Positions 9,282 through 19,601 of a DNA stretch of 52,064 nucleotides are shown one piece after another. The DNA is taken from IMG/VR virus record IMGVR_UViG_3300047409_000754, positions 1 to 52,064 of that record. One strand, written 5' to 3'. The DNA is from a virus (taxonomy: Duplodnaviria > Caudoviricetes). The notes beneath the pieces were generated by a model. The model ran no database searches. It saw only the letters and a program-made list of their open reading frames with translations, and was not told the DNA's origin. The position numbers and the translations under genes were made by a program. Position 1 is the stretch's first letter; the number at the start of each line of letters is the position of its first letter.

Positions 9282-9955
9282 CGTGCGCCTCCCCCAGGGA
9301 TGGGCGGGACGGCGTGGATGGGGTCGGCGCGCCCCTTGGCGCAGCACCATATGTGCCACTGATGCGGCCCAGGCCCGGCGGCCTCGGGCGGGGGCGGCGC
9401 TGGGCTGTGACTCGCCCTGGTATTCAGGGCCTTCAGCGAGGCCATGCGGCGTTCCAGCGCATCCACCCGCTTGGCGAGCGCGGCGACCTGGGCGAGCGCG
9501 TACGACTTGGCTTCGGCAATACGGTTGATCAGCGACTCTTCGACGCGAGCCTCATCGTCAGTCGCCTCCCCCTGCGCCTGCTGTTCTTCGGCAACTGCCA
9601 CGGCGTGTTCGTATGCTCGTTTCCAGTGCTCGACCTCCCGCCGCAAGTTCGTCACTGCCTCGCTTTCCTGCACCCCCTGCGCCTGCTCGGCTGGCGCGGC
9701 TGCGAGACTGCTCGCGATTGGGCACCATGGCCGGCACTCCTCGGCGCGGTACGTCCCACACCCGGGGCAATACGGATGCGCATTCGTGCCGCTCTGACAT
9801 TGCTCCAGCAACCGTCGCGCCTCGGCCAGCTTGCCCTTGAGCCGGTCGCGTTCGGCGCGCAGGGCGGCCTTGTCGCGCTCGGCTGACGCCAGTTTCGAGC
9901 ACGCCTCGCGGTACAGGTCAGTATAGGCGCCGCCGCCCTGATGCTGGCCGCTCAT
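9278..9955 (-). CDS. Coiled-coil hypothetical protein with Cys cluster
   Basis: MSGQHQ... ATGA-coupled to the NAMPT-like stop. Confidence 0.55.
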   Translation of the reverse strand: MSGQHQGGGAYTDLYREACSKLASAERDKAALRAERDRLKGKLAEARRLLEQCQSGTNAHPYCPGCGTYRAEECRPWCPIASSLAAAPAEQAQGVQESEAVTNLRREVEHWKRAYEHAVAVAEEQQAQGEATDDEARVEESLINRIAEAKSYALAQVAALAKRVDALERRMASLKALNTRASHSPAPPPPEAAGPGPHQWHIWCCAKGRADPIHAVPPIPGGGAR

Positions 9956-11424
9956 CGCGCGCCACGGGCGCGCGCGCGGATGACCTCGAAGGGTTCCCAG
10001 GCGATGAACGCCCCATCGCGCCAGACCGGCCGCAGCAGCGATTCGGCTTCTTCCCCCGCGGTGGCCTGGTCGTAGAGGCACAGCACGCCGCCTCCGCCTT
10101 CGCCGCTTTCGTCCACGACGCACAGGCGCCCCTTCGCCGAGTTCTTCGCGCCGTCGTCGGTGATCGGCTTCTTGAAGATGTCCCGGCCGACGCCGTCGAT
10201 CGTCACGTGGGTAGCCTTCATCGCGAAGCCGAAGGTGTCTCGCGTCACGTACTGGTACGAGTAGGACCCGATCCCCAGCACGACGTTGGCCGAGGCGAAC
10301 TCCTTGTCGTCCAGGCCGTTGAGGATGGCGCGGGCGCGCGCGTGGTTGATCGAGTCGCCGTAGATCGTCCCAATGTGGGGGTCGAGCAGCCGATGCTCCG
10401 TCTCGGTCTCGGAGCCGCCGAAGACGTCCCACAGGAGCTCGACGACGCCTTTCCGCTGAGGCGATCCTTCGGGCGCGAACGGGTCGCCGCAGATGATCTT
10501 GACCGGATCGCCCGAGTCCGGCCGGATGACCAACTTGCCGTCGCGCGCCAGGATGCGGTCCTTGAGCTTCGGCAGGATGTTGGTCAGCACGTTCCACAGA
10601 TCCCAGGTGTCCGAGACCACAGAGACGATCCCCGTCGGGTAGAGGTCGAGCAGCCGCTCGAAGGTCTCCAGCTCGCTCTCGGCACCGCCGGCGCACATCA
10701 CGGAATGCTCCGTCGCAGCGACCGATCCGCCGATCAGGTAGTTCGCCTCCGTCGGCGTGTAGAACTCCTCGACCAGCTCGATGGCCGGGATGGTGTCGGT
10801 CCCGGTGAAGAACAGCAGGTGACCGGCGCCCGAGATCGCGGCGGCGTCAGGCCCCTCCATCCCGCGAAAGCTGAAGTCGTGGCCCTGCCAGTCGACGAAC
10901 GCTATCGGGCTGCCCGTCCAGTCGGCGCCCTCTTCGAGGATCTCGCGCATCTGTAGCGCCGTGGTTGCCGACGTGCACGGCAGCCACATCACGCACGACA
11001 TCAGCGTCTCGAAGTAGTTCACGAGCCAAAAGAAGTCATCGTGCGTGTTCTCGACAGTGAGCATCGGAACGCGCAGGGGAACGCGCGTCCCCTCGGGCAG
11101 CGCGCGAAACTCCAGCGGCAAGTAGCCGAGGCGGTGCAGCGCGCGGATGTGGTCGGTCCCGATGCTGTTGGGGCCCAGGTAGGAGTTCACGCGGCGCGCG
11201 TACTTCTCGACCACTTCATCGATGGGACGACCAAAGAACTTCTCGTTGAACTCGTTCATCAGATACTTCTGCAGGAAGTACTGCAGACCGAAGAACACGA
11301 CGTCTTCCTGGCCGTCAACGCGCGAGCTGCGCGGCGTCCAGTTCGAATAGACGCGGGTTGTCTTCTTTGGGTACTGTCTGCGGTGGTCGAGTTTGTAGCC
11401 GTCGATCATGGTCATTGGGTTCAT
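9952..11424 (-). CDS. NAMPT-family protein (likely NARP1 Namat)
   Basis: DGYKLDH, HDFSFRG, GTDT, AATEHSVM, SVVSDTWD, VIRPDSGDP, IYGDSI motifs. Confidence 0.9.
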   Translation of the reverse strand: MNPMTMIDGYKLDHRRQYPKKTTRVYSNWTPRSSRVDGQEDVVFFGLQYFLQKYLMNEFNEKFFGRPIDEVVEKYARRVNSYLGPNSIGTDHIRALHRLGYLPLEFRALPEGTRVPLRVPMLTVENTHDDFFWLVNYFETLMSCVMWLPCTSATTALQMREILEEGADWTGSPIAFVDWQGHDFSFRGMEGPDAAAISGAGHLLFFTGTDTIPAIELVEEFYTPTEANYLIGGSVAATEHSVMCAGGAESELETFERLLDLYPTGIVSVVSDTWDLWNVLTNILPKLKDRILARDGKLVIRPDSGDPVKIICGDPFAPEGSPQRKGVVELLWDVFGGSETETEHRLLDPHIGTIYGDSINHARARAILNGLDDKEFASANVVLGIGSYSYQYVTRDTFGFAMKATHVTIDGVGRDIFKKPITDDGAKNSAKGRLCVVDESGEGGGGVLCLYDQATAGEEAESLLRPVWRDGAFIAWEPFEVIRARARGAR

Positions 11425-12239
11425 CGTGGTTCTCCTTTGAGCAGGCTTTCGCAAACGGGGATGACGGTGACGCCGTCGCGCGGGTCACCAATGATTGAGT
11501 CGGTGGTCAGGATGTAGCCGTAACGAGACCGCAGGGCCGCGGTGCCAGCCGAGAAGATTCCGTGCGTCACGAACAGGTCGGCTTGTACAAGCCCAAGCTG
11601 GTCCTTGAGACCGAGGAAGGTCCCGCCGCCGTCGCAGATGTCGTCGACGACGAGAACGCGACCGATGCCGGGGGGAAGGGGTTCGACGCCGAAGCCGGAG
11701 ATCTTCCCGGTTGCGACGTCGCGTTTCTTCCACGCGTGGAACAGCGGCACTTCGAGTTTCTTCGCGACGGCGCCCGCCCGCTTCTCCGCGCCTGCGTCGG
11801 GCGAGATGACAGCCGAATAGGACGCCTTCGGGAAGCAGTCGGCCGCGGAGACCGTCTCGCAGCGCTCGATCAGCGCCGGAGTCACCTCCGAGTGCGGGTC
11901 GACGACCGTCACGCGCGGGAAGCGCCGCGCGTTGATCATCTTCGCGACCGACTTCGCGGTGAACAGGTAGTCGCCGCTGTCGTTCAGGTGGTCCTGGCGC
12001 GCGCCGGGAACGAACGGCAGCACCAACTCTGGCGCCTTGTAACCGCGGTCGACGAGCGCATCCACCCAGAACATCGCCGTCACGAAGGCCGAGAACGACG
12101 ACGGCCGCAGCAGGACCCGCTCGACGCTCCGAAACGAGAGCATGCGATCCACGATCGGCATCCCGTCCGGGTACTGCGACACGCGGACGGACTTCACCTC
12201 GTTGGTGTCGGACGTCAGATACAGGATCTCGTCGCTCAT
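11421..12239 (-). CDS. Ribose-phosphate pyrophosphokinase-like protein (likely NARP1 Adps)
   Basis: PGARQDH, DPHS, ISPDAGAEKR, LVVDDICDGGGTF, LFVTHGIFS; coupled to the NAMPT-like gene. Confidence 0.88.
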   Translation of the reverse strand: MSDEILYLTSDTNEVKSVRVSQYPDGMPIVDRMLSFRSVERVLLRPSSFSAFVTAMFWVDALVDRGYKAPELVLPFVPGARQDHLNDSGDYLFTAKSVAKMINARRFPRVTVVDPHSEVTPALIERCETVSAADCFPKASYSAVISPDAGAEKRAGAVAKKLEVPLFHAWKKRDVATGKISGFGVEPLPPGIGRVLVVDDICDGGGTFLGLKDQLGLVQADLFVTHGIFSAGTAALRSRYGYILTTDSIIGDPRDGVTVIPVCESLLKGEPR

Positions 12240-13416
12240 TTCGCTCTCCTTGGCTCAAGCTTCACCAGCGGCCCCAACGTCGGATGGTCGGCGCCGCAGT
12301 CCTCGCAGATCGCCGTGCGGGCCGTCGAGACGAAACGCCGGCAGCGCGGCTTGCAGCGCTTCACGGGCGGCGTCACCTCGGCGGACCCGTAGCAGCCGTG
12401 GCCGGGGTGCGGCGTTCCGTGCGCGACCACGCGGCCGACGGCGCCGTGCGCTGCTGCCCTGTCGCGGATGGCCCCGGCATGGGGCGCGCCGGTCAGCACG
12501 AAGAAGCGGGGAGCCCTCATCGCGTTCGCCCGTCGTCCAGCAACCAGATGCCGGACACCAGCAGCAGCGCCGCCATGAGACTGAGCTTCGGTTCGATCGC
12601 GCCGAGGAACGCGCAGATGCCGCCGGTCGCAAACGCGAAGCCGGCCGTGATCGCGGCGAACGACCGCGCGACGCTCACGCTTCCCATCCGACGACGCGCT
12701 TGCAGGCCCGGCAGATCACGGCGTAGATGCGCTTCCGCAGGCCGAACCAGCGCCGGCGCACGACAAACCTCGGCAGGAACTGCCAGGACTCGGCGTTGCA
12801 GTTCGGGCAATACGCGAACATCTCTGGTTCTTCGTCCTTCTGAACGAGACGCAGGTTCACTTGACAGCCTCCGCGCGCGCCGCCGGCACCGGCCCGATCG
12901 GATGCCCCAGCACCGCCTCGCGCGCCGTCGCCTCGCGCGCGACCAGGTCTTTGCTCACCTGGATCGGCATCGCGCAGTACCGCCGGTTGCCGACGGCCGT
13001 CCGAATCGTGAGCACGCCGTCATCGGTCTCGCTGATCACTAGCCCGACCTTCGGGCCGCCGCCGTTGTACTTGTAATGGCGCGACGCCGGGTTGCGGAAG
13101 ACGACGATCCGGCCTTCCCTGACCCACATGCTCCCAACCTTCATCAGAACGGCGCCCCTTCCTGGGCATCGTCATCGTCGCGCTCGGGAGGCAGGCGCGA
13201 ATCCTGCGGGATCGGCTGCTTGTCCCAACTGGTCAAGCTGCACTTGTGCCCCGCGCGCCGAGCGGCCGATCCCGCCCAATCGAAGACCGGCGAGATGCCG
13301 GCGCGCTTCTCCACGCGCGCGATCGCCACGCCGATGCCGCACGGGTAGCACTGCATCTCGCGCACCATCGCGGGAACTTCCTGCGAAATCTCTCGGCCCA
13401 ATTGGAGCTCAGTCAT
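12236..13416 (-). other. Run of small coupled hypothetical ORFs (12236-12520, 12517-~12687, 12675-12860, 12857-13144, 13144-13416), several with CxxC
   Basis: Overlapping start/stop codons, same strand. Confidence 0.5.
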
Positions 13417-13419
13417 CGG

Positions 13420-14274
13420 TCACCGTCCTTTCTCGAGAAGCACAGCCCCGGCCGGCGTCGGGTCGCCGACCCGGTCGTCCGCTGTCCATTCGCGCAGGTA
13501 AACGCTCTTGCATTCGGGGCAGGTCGCCTGCTGGCCGCGCGGGTTGCGGCGGCCGGTGTTCTTGCCGCCGGCGTGCCAGCCCTTGCAGTTCGGATCGGCG
13601 CGCGGCGGCGCGACGTCAGCGGGCGCGCTTCGAGCGTCTTCCCAGCGCCGTTCGCCGATGACCTTCTCGAGCTTCGGCCGAAAGCGCGGCTCGGTCCCGC
13701 CGCCGTAGGGATGGCGGTTCAGCACGCCGGTCTCGAACCAGGCAAGGATCACGTCGCGCAGCGCGTTCTCGCCGCCGGGATAGCTCTCAGCGACCGCCTG
13801 GAAGGCGTCTGCCGCTGCGTTCTTACCGTCTTTGTTCGGGTAGCGGTCATAGACCGCAGCGAACGCCGCCGTCTTCGTCCCGACGCGCATCATGCGGTTC
13901 TGTTCGTGGATTGGAGGCAGCGCGGCGGGCTCACGCGCGCGGATCGGAGAAGCTGATACGACCGGACCTGGATCCGGAATCAGGATCGGATCGGAAGACA
14001 GACCCCCCCCTACCCCCCCAGATGAAATCCAGGGGGTTGGCTGGCTACCTGGCGCGGTAGGCAGACTACCTGCGGTTGCCGGCTGACTATTACCAGTTGC
14101 CGGCATGTGCCTAATGTCCCTGCGGCGCGTTACAACAGCGGTCAGGCGGCGAACGATTTTGGTCTCTGTCTCGAACCGAGAGCCGCACGGGCAGAGCTCG
14201 ACCCTGAGGGTCGCCTTCGAAAAGTGGGCGGTCTTCTCGATGGTCATCTTGCTACTGCAGTCGGGGCAGACCAT
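13420..14274 (-). CDS. Putative replication initiator with N-terminal Zn ribbon
   Basis: CPDC...CPCGSRFET ribbon; FAAVYDRYPNKDGKNAAADAF is typical of phage replication proteins. Confidence 0.5.
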   Translation of the reverse strand: MVCPDCSSKMTIEKTAHFSKATLRVELCPCGSRFETETKIVRRLTAVVTRRRDIRHMPATGNSQPATAGSLPTAPGSQPTPWISSGGVGGGLSSDPILIPDPGPVVSASPIRAREPAALPPIHEQNRMMRVGTKTAAFAAVYDRYPNKDGKNAAADAFQAVAESYPGGENALRDVILAWFETGVLNRHPYGGGTEPRFRPKLEKVIGERRWEDARSAPADVAPPRADPNCKGWHAGGKNTGRRNPRGQQATCPECKSVYLREWTADDRVGDPTPAGAVLLEKGR

Positions 14275-15257
14275 CAGACCGCCCTCCGTTTTTCCGGCCG
14301 CGCGAGCTCCCGCATTTCAACCTCTTCGCGCTTCTTGCCGGCCTTGCTCTGCCGCTGCTCGAATCCCCATCCGCCCTCGAATCCGAAGGCGCGGTGCACC
14401 GGCTTCGTCTTCTCGGGCCCACCGGCGACCAGCGCCTGGGTCATCCCGTCAGGCCGTTCGAGGTGGCCGCACTTTCCGCAACGGCCGTCACTCTCCTTGG
14501 GCGCGAGGCAGTCGCAGAACTTTGGCTTCCACCTGGTGCCGTACTCTGGCGGTTCGCCGATGGTCCGCGCGAGCCGCTCAATTCTGAGCATCGTGCGCGC
14601 CAGGATGTGCGTGCGCTTGCGCCAGGGCATCTGGGGTGGCGTTCCGGCCAGGCCCATCGCTCGAGCAAGATCATACTGCCGCCAGCCGCGCGCCATGAGC
14701 TGGTCGACCAGCGCCCAGAAAGGGGCAGCGGGAACCAGAGACGCGTCCGCGCGCGCGCTGACGTCAACGGCCAGGATCCTATTCAGCGTCGACCGCCGGA
14801 TCTTCTTCTTCCTTCCGGCGCGGATGTCCATCAGCAGCGACGTGCAGCATCCAGTCGCATCGTGAACCGCGCGCCGGCCGACATTGGCCTCGCTGAGCTG
14901 CTCCAGGTGCGCGCGCGCCGGCGCGGCGTCAACCAGGCCATCCCAGCCCAACTTAAGCCTGCAGTAGGAGCAGACGCCGCCGGTTGAATCTTTGCGGAGA
15001 TGCGACAGTTTCGCGCACGGATCACCGAGCACGCCCGGGCATGATCGCGTGAAGGTCCGCGTGCGCTGCGCCTGGCCGGGAGGCGTCCAGGCCACCGTCA
15101 CCGGTCCGCCGCTGGCGGTAACCGCGGAGGCGAGTGCTTTGCAGACAGCCTGCCGCTCGTGATAGTAGGCCGCGTTCGAGGCGCGACAGGCGTCGCAGCG
15201 GCACCCGCAGACATATCGAGAACGCGTGCCGTGCTTGAACCGATCCGCGACCGGCAT
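14274..15257 (-). CDS. Zn-finger/HTH DNA-binding protein
   Basis: HGTRSRYVCGCRCDACR motif followed by HTH-like segments. Confidence 0.6.
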   Translation of the reverse strand: MPVADRFKHGTRSRYVCGCRCDACRASNAAYYHERQAVCKALASAVTASGGPVTVAWTPPGQAQRTRTFTRSCPGVLGDPCAKLSHLRKDSTGGVCSYCRLKLGWDGLVDAAPARAHLEQLSEANVGRRAVHDATGCCTSLLMDIRAGRKKKIRRSTLNRILAVDVSARADASLVPAAPFWALVDQLMARGWRQYDLARAMGLAGTPPQMPWRKRTHILARTMLRIERLARTIGEPPEYGTRWKPKFCDCLAPKESDGRCGKCGHLERPDGMTQALVAGGPEKTKPVHRAFGFEGGWGFEQRQSKAGKKREEVEMRELARPEKRRAV

Positions 15258-15384
15258 GGTGGCCGGCCTCAAGCGCTCACCGCACAGCGGTCTCCGCCGC
15301 CGGCCTGCCCGATCGTCGACGTCGGCTCGTCGATGACAGGCAGGTCCGACCCGGCGGCGGAGACCTTTCTTTGGTTGAACTTGT

Positions 15385-16263
15385 TCATGCCGACGTTCCG
15401 TTGTCGGGCGGCGCAATGGTTGGCGCCGGAACGGTGACGCCGGGGATGCTGGCCTTGCGGACTTCCTCAGCAGCGCGGGTCAATGCCCGCGCTCCCTCGT
15501 CAAGTTGATTTGCGAGATGATCGGTATGCGGATTGCGTTGGAGAGCCCTGACGGCATCACCAATCCTGCCTGCCTCCCACGTGCGCGAGATGCTGATGCC
15601 GGACGCCTTCTCGAAGTCGGCGATCATCTGCCGCAGGTCGCGCGCGTCGCGCTGGTGGTTCGTCTCGTCCCTCTTCGCGCGCAGAGCCGCGCCTTCGCGC
15701 TCTTGCGCGCGCGCTTCATCAACAGCGATCTGCACGGCTGCATTGATCGCGGCCTCCGTCGGGCTGTCCTCCATCGCCCGGCGCAGGATGGCCGCCAGGA
15801 ACGTGCGGGAGATTCTCGCGTCGCGTTCGCCGAGCAGCTTCGGCTCGACGAACATCTTCAGCCCTTTGCCGGCGGGCGCGAGCAAGCCCCAGTTCGGCGG
15901 CAGCTCACCGGGCTGTACGATGTCGCGGTCGCCGACGGCCAGAACCCAGAAGTCCGTATGCTGCGCGATTTCCTCTGCCTTGCTGGGATCGTCGAGCTCG
16001 CGCCGCCAGTCCCCCCGCGACGACTTGATTTCGACGCCGGTGATGTGAAGGCCACGCGACGGGAACAGGCTCATCGCGACGGCGTCGGCCGTGCGCACCG
16101 TGCGCGCGTACCCGGTCTGGTTGCGGACGTGCGGGAAGAACGCGAAGGCCGGCGCCGCGAAGCGTTCTCGGAGCGCGGCGAGGATGCGCCCCTCGCCCCA
16201 CGACGGCTCCTTAGCCTTCGGCTTCTTCTCTCCCTTGGGGGCCAGTTCCTGCTGCTCGCTCAC
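15385..16263 (-). CDS. PD-(D/E)xK nuclease-like protein (MmcB-like)
   Basis: ADAVAM...GVEIKSSRGDWRREL. Confidence 0.65.
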   Translation of the reverse strand: MSEQQELAPKGEKKPKAKEPSWGEGRILAALRERFAAPAFAFFPHVRNQTGYARTVRTADAVAMSLFPSRGLHITGVEIKSSRGDWRRELDDPSKAEEIAQHTDFWVLAVGDRDIVQPGELPPNWGLLAPAGKGLKMFVEPKLLGERDARISRTFLAAILRRAMEDSPTEAAINAAVQIAVDEARAQEREGAALRAKRDETNHQRDARDLRQMIADFEKASGISISRTWEAGRIGDAVRALQRNPHTDHLANQLDEGARALTRAAEEVRKASIPGVTVPAPTIAPPDNGTSA

Positions 16264-16781
16264 GATGCAGCCTCAACCAGCGCCGCAGTCCCCCGCACGC
16301 TAGCCGCCAGCATCGGATCGGCGGCCAACATCGCTTCAAACCGCCGCAAGCCGTGGATCACGCACTGGTGATTGCGGCGGCCCAGGGCGCGCGCGATCTC
16401 GGGCAATGACCGCCCGGCGGTGCGCAGGCCCCAATACGCTTCGAATCGCGCCGTCGAGAGCGGCCGATTCTTTCTGGAGCTGCGCAGTTCCGAGATCGTC
16501 AGCCCGTGCCGGATCGCGACGGCGCGCAAGATCGGGAAGTCGCGGTTTTCGCGCCGGCGGTCGGCGATCTGGTCGGCCGGCTGGGTCTTCCGCCGTTCCG
16601 AGCACCAAGCGCAGCGCGCCCGCGGCGCGCGGCGGCCGACCTCCGCCGCCAACTCGGCATCGACCACGCCGGCCTGGGCGGCGGCGAAGGTCTCGCGCAG
16701 GGCGGCGCCGACCTCAGCCAGCCGCTCGAACTTGAGCTCGAACAGGTCGGCCAGGGCGCCATCGAAGTCGGGGGCGCGCAT
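16260..16781 (-). CDS. DnaA C-terminal HTH-domain protein
   Basis: SELRSSRKNRPLSTARF...SLPEIARALGRRNHQCVIHG matches the DnaA domain IV pattern. Confidence 0.7.
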   Translation of the reverse strand: MRAPDFDGALADLFELKFERLAEVGAALRETFAAAQAGVVDAELAAEVGRRAPRARCAWCSERRKTQPADQIADRRRENRDFPILRAVAIRHGLTISELRSSRKNRPLSTARFEAYWGLRTAGRSLPEIARALGRRNHQCVIHGLRRFEAMLAADPMLAASVRGTAALVEAAS

Positions 16782-16783
16782 GA

Positions 16784-17530
16784 TCAGCTCGCCTTCTCGA
16801 TGAGCTTGCCGGCCTCGTCGACGACGTAGAACGTGTTCGGCTTGATGACGTCCTCGCCGACGTAACCGATCGCGACCCGGAAACGGCCGGCGCCGTCAGC
16901 GGCCTTTCGGTCCCACCAGCGGATCGCGACAACGCCGAGATCGCCAGTCTTCGCCGTGCCTCTGTCCCCCGCGGTCGCCGTGCCGCTGTCCCCCGCGGTC
17001 GCCGTGCCTCTGTCCCCCGCGGTCGCCGTGCCTCTGTCCCCCGCGGTCGCCGTGCCTCTGTCCCCCGCGGTCGCCGTGCCTCTGTCCCCCGCGGTCGCCG
17101 TGCCCTTCGTAATGGCCTTCCCGGCCGGCGCGCGCGCCTGCAGATAGGCGACGGCGTCGTCGGGCTTGCCGAAGAAAACGACATCCCCGCGCGGGAACTT
17201 GACCTTGCCCCCGCCGTCCTCGGTGATCTGGACGATCTCAGAGGCGAGTACTTCGACGACCAGCCAGACCGCGTCGGGCCTCCAATCGAGCAGTTGGCCG
17301 TTGCCCTCACCCCAAAGAAGTCCATGCAGACCGCGTCCGCACGTCGGCGACGGCTTGAAGTCGTCGCATGAGACGGGGCCCGCCTTCGGCCAAACGAAAT
17401 CGCCGCCAGCATGGCCCTGCATGCAGCACCGACCGTCGGGCCGGCACGAGCGCAGGACGAGCACCTTATCGGGCGCGCCGCCGATAGTCTTCGTCGGCTT
17501 ACGGCGGGGCTTCTTCGCGGCGGGGCTCAA
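16784..17530 (-). CDS. Hypothetical protein with GTATAGDR tandem repeats
   Basis: CGRGLHG N-terminal domain plus 8-aa repeats. Confidence 0.7.
   Translation of the reverse strand: MSPAAKKPRRKPTKTIGGAPDKVLVLRSCRPDGRCCMQGHAGGDFVWPKAGPVSCDDFKPSPTCGRGLHGLLWGEGNGQLLDWRPDAVWLVVEVLASEIVQITEDGGGKVKFPRGDVVFFGKPDDAVAYLQARAPAGKAITKGTATAGDRGTATAGDRGTATAGDRGTATAGDRGTATAGDSGTATAGDRGTAKTGDLGVVAIRWWDRKAADGAGRFRVAIGYVGEDVIKPNTFYVVDEAGKLIEKAS
16951..17104. repeat. 24-bp tandem repeat, about 6.4 copies, coding
   Basis: Unit tcgccgtgcctctgtcccccgcgg with one mismatch. Confidence 0.95.
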
Positions 17531-17952
17531 GAGGCGACCCCCGCCGACTTCGCGATGGCGACCGCCAGGGCCAGCCGGTCGACCCGGCGGGCGCCCCCGG
17601 CGGGCGTGAGGCGGCGCGCCCGGATCTCCCGCCCGGTCTTCGTGATCTGGCGCCAGAGCGCCCAGGCGCCATCGGCGTCGAAGCCGATCTGGACCGCCCG
17701 GCGGACGAAATCCGGAACCTCGTCGGCGAGGGCCAGTTGGCCGTTTTCGGAAGGTGCGCTAGTTCCGCACGCTTCATCACCCATGGCACAGATCGGCTTG
17801 ATATGGGACGTCCGCACGCGTCGCATAGAGGCTCCTACATTCCGCAAACCACCAAGGACACGCCGATCTGCAACTCGCCCAGAGCGCCAGCCATGAACGC
17901 GGGGAGAACGGCGTGTGCTTCGTGGTTCGTGGATTTCATGGCTGGCACGGTG

Positions 17953-17980
17953 AGCATAGCCAAAGTCATTTTTCTGTCAA
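17953..17980 (-). promoter_or_regulatory. Sigma70-type promoter
   Basis: TTGACA-N16-TATGCT in an AT-rich intergenic region. Confidence 0.65.
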
Positions 17981-18069
17981 CGAAATGGATCGCGCCTTAC
18001 ACAACGCCGACATGTAACCGTTGACGTAAGGTGCCGTGACAACGCGCCAATTCGCGATTTCAGAAATCG

Positions 18070-19113
18070 TCATTTGCTCTTGCTTTTCTCGTTTCCGTGG
18101 CTAGCCGGCGGCGCTGGCTCGATCCTTCTGGGCCCCCGGCGTTGCTGGTCGCGCAGGATCCCGGCCTCGAAAACCTCGCGCGCGGCGGTGAGATCGTCGG
18201 ACGCCGTCTGGACGTAATCGCGGGTCTGATCGAGGCTCGCGTGCCGCAGCACCTCGCTCACGATCTCGATGCGTACGCCGCGCCTGGTGGCGTTGCTGGC
18301 GTAGGCATGTCGGCAGTCGTGAAGGTGCACGCGCCCGTCGGCGGGCGCAGCCTGGATGCCGGCGGCGTCGGCCGCCTCGCGGAACCAGCGCGAGATCGCG
18401 CGCAGCGAGTAGGGGCCGCCGGTGACGACGTTCGTCAACACGTAGGGGCTCCGCAGGTGCCGCGGGATCGCATCGATCGCCTCGAGCAGGCGCTGCGTCG
18501 CCGGCACGGGCCCGCCTCGGCCCCCCTTGCACGCCCAGCCGGGCAGAACGATGACGCCAGCGTCCCGGTCGATCCAGTCCCAGGACAGGTATCGGATCTC
18601 GCCGCGTCTCATCCCGGCATCGGTGGCGCACAGAACAATCACGCGCTGGCGCGCGCCGGTCTCGTCCAGCAGCGCGGCAATGTCGTGCTCGCGCGGCGCG
18701 GTCTCCCGATGCGACTTGGCCTTGACCCTCTTGGCGGCGGCGAGGGGATTGTGCGGGATCCTGCCCTGCGCGGCGCCCCAGTTCAGCATGACCTTCAGGT
18801 ACGTCAGCTCGCAGTTGATGGTCGCCGCGCAGCGGACGCGACCCGGCTTGCCGGTCGGGATCTCCTGGAGCTCGCGCTCGGCCCTGTAGTCGGTCCAATC
18901 AAGTACGCGGAGCGACATCACCTCGCGATCGGCGAGCGCCTTGACGACGTCGCGCAGCCGTACCTCGATCGCAGGCCACGACTTGCGCGAACGGTTCCCG
19001 GCTTCGTACTTGGCAAAGAGCTGCGCGACCGTGATCGACGGCGCACCCGCGCCGGCGGAGGCTCTCCGCTGGAGGATCTCCAGCGCGCGCGCAAGCAGCT
19101 CGTCGTCTGTCAT
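18070..19113 (-). CDS. int: Tyrosine recombinase/integrase
   Basis: GMRRGEI, K, HLHDCRH and LRHASLDQTRDY catalytic residues. Confidence 0.9.
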   Translation of the reverse strand: MTDDELLARALEILQRRASAGAGAPSITVAQLFAKYEAGNRSRKSWPAIEVRLRDVVKALADREVMSLRVLDWTDYRAERELQEIPTGKPGRVRCAATINCELTYLKVMLNWGAAQGRIPHNPLAAAKRVKAKSHRETAPREHDIAALLDETGARQRVIVLCATDAGMRRGEIRYLSWDWIDRDAGVIVLPGWACKGGRGGPVPATQRLLEAIDAIPRHLRSPYVLTNVVTGGPYSLRAISRWFREAADAAGIQAAPADGRVHLHDCRHAYASNATRRGVRIEIVSEVLRHASLDQTRDYVQTASDDLTAAREVFEAGILRDQQRRGPRRIEPAPPASHGNEKSKSK

Positions 19114-19376
19114 TGAAGCAGCGCCCCCTGCGCCTGCTGCTGAAACCACCTCCAAAGCAAGGCGGGCATCGTCGCGCCAGATTTCTGACGCGTCGATGTG
19201 GACTAAGTGAGGAACTGTAATGAAATCAATATATTAATTGCGGTCTGCCTCATCGGTTGTTTCGAACCCCACGACGAAATCGCGGCGACCGTCGATCGTT
19301 GACACCGTTTCACCACTGAAACTTTATGGCTTCGCTGCGGCGCGTCCGAATCGACGCGGACGATTGCCTGGAAAGA

Positions 19377-19601
19377 TCAGCCCTCGTCGTCGTTCACCGT
19401 TGGAGGTGTTCCGATCATCACGGGACTGTCCGTGTGAATGTCCCGCCAGAGCACGCCGTCGCTGTCCACGCCGAGGGTGAGCAGCATGATCCTCTTGCCG
19501 TACTCGGCGTTCGCGACGTTCACGCGGTCGTCGGGCGCGCTCGCGGCGGCAACGGACTGCCAGACCGGCTTCGTCTTGCGGGATCGTTTCGGCGTCTTCA
19601 T
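19377..19601 (-). CDS. Hypothetical protein
   Basis: MKTPKRS..., ATGA-coupled. Confidence 0.45.
   Translation of the reverse strand: MKTPKRSRKTKPVWQSVAAASAPDDRVNVANAEYGKRIMLLTLGVDSDGVLWRDIHTDSPVMIGTPPTVNDDEG

Noticed and set aside
16951-17104. Possible CRISPR array
   Set aside because: Contiguous in-frame tandem repeats with no spacers
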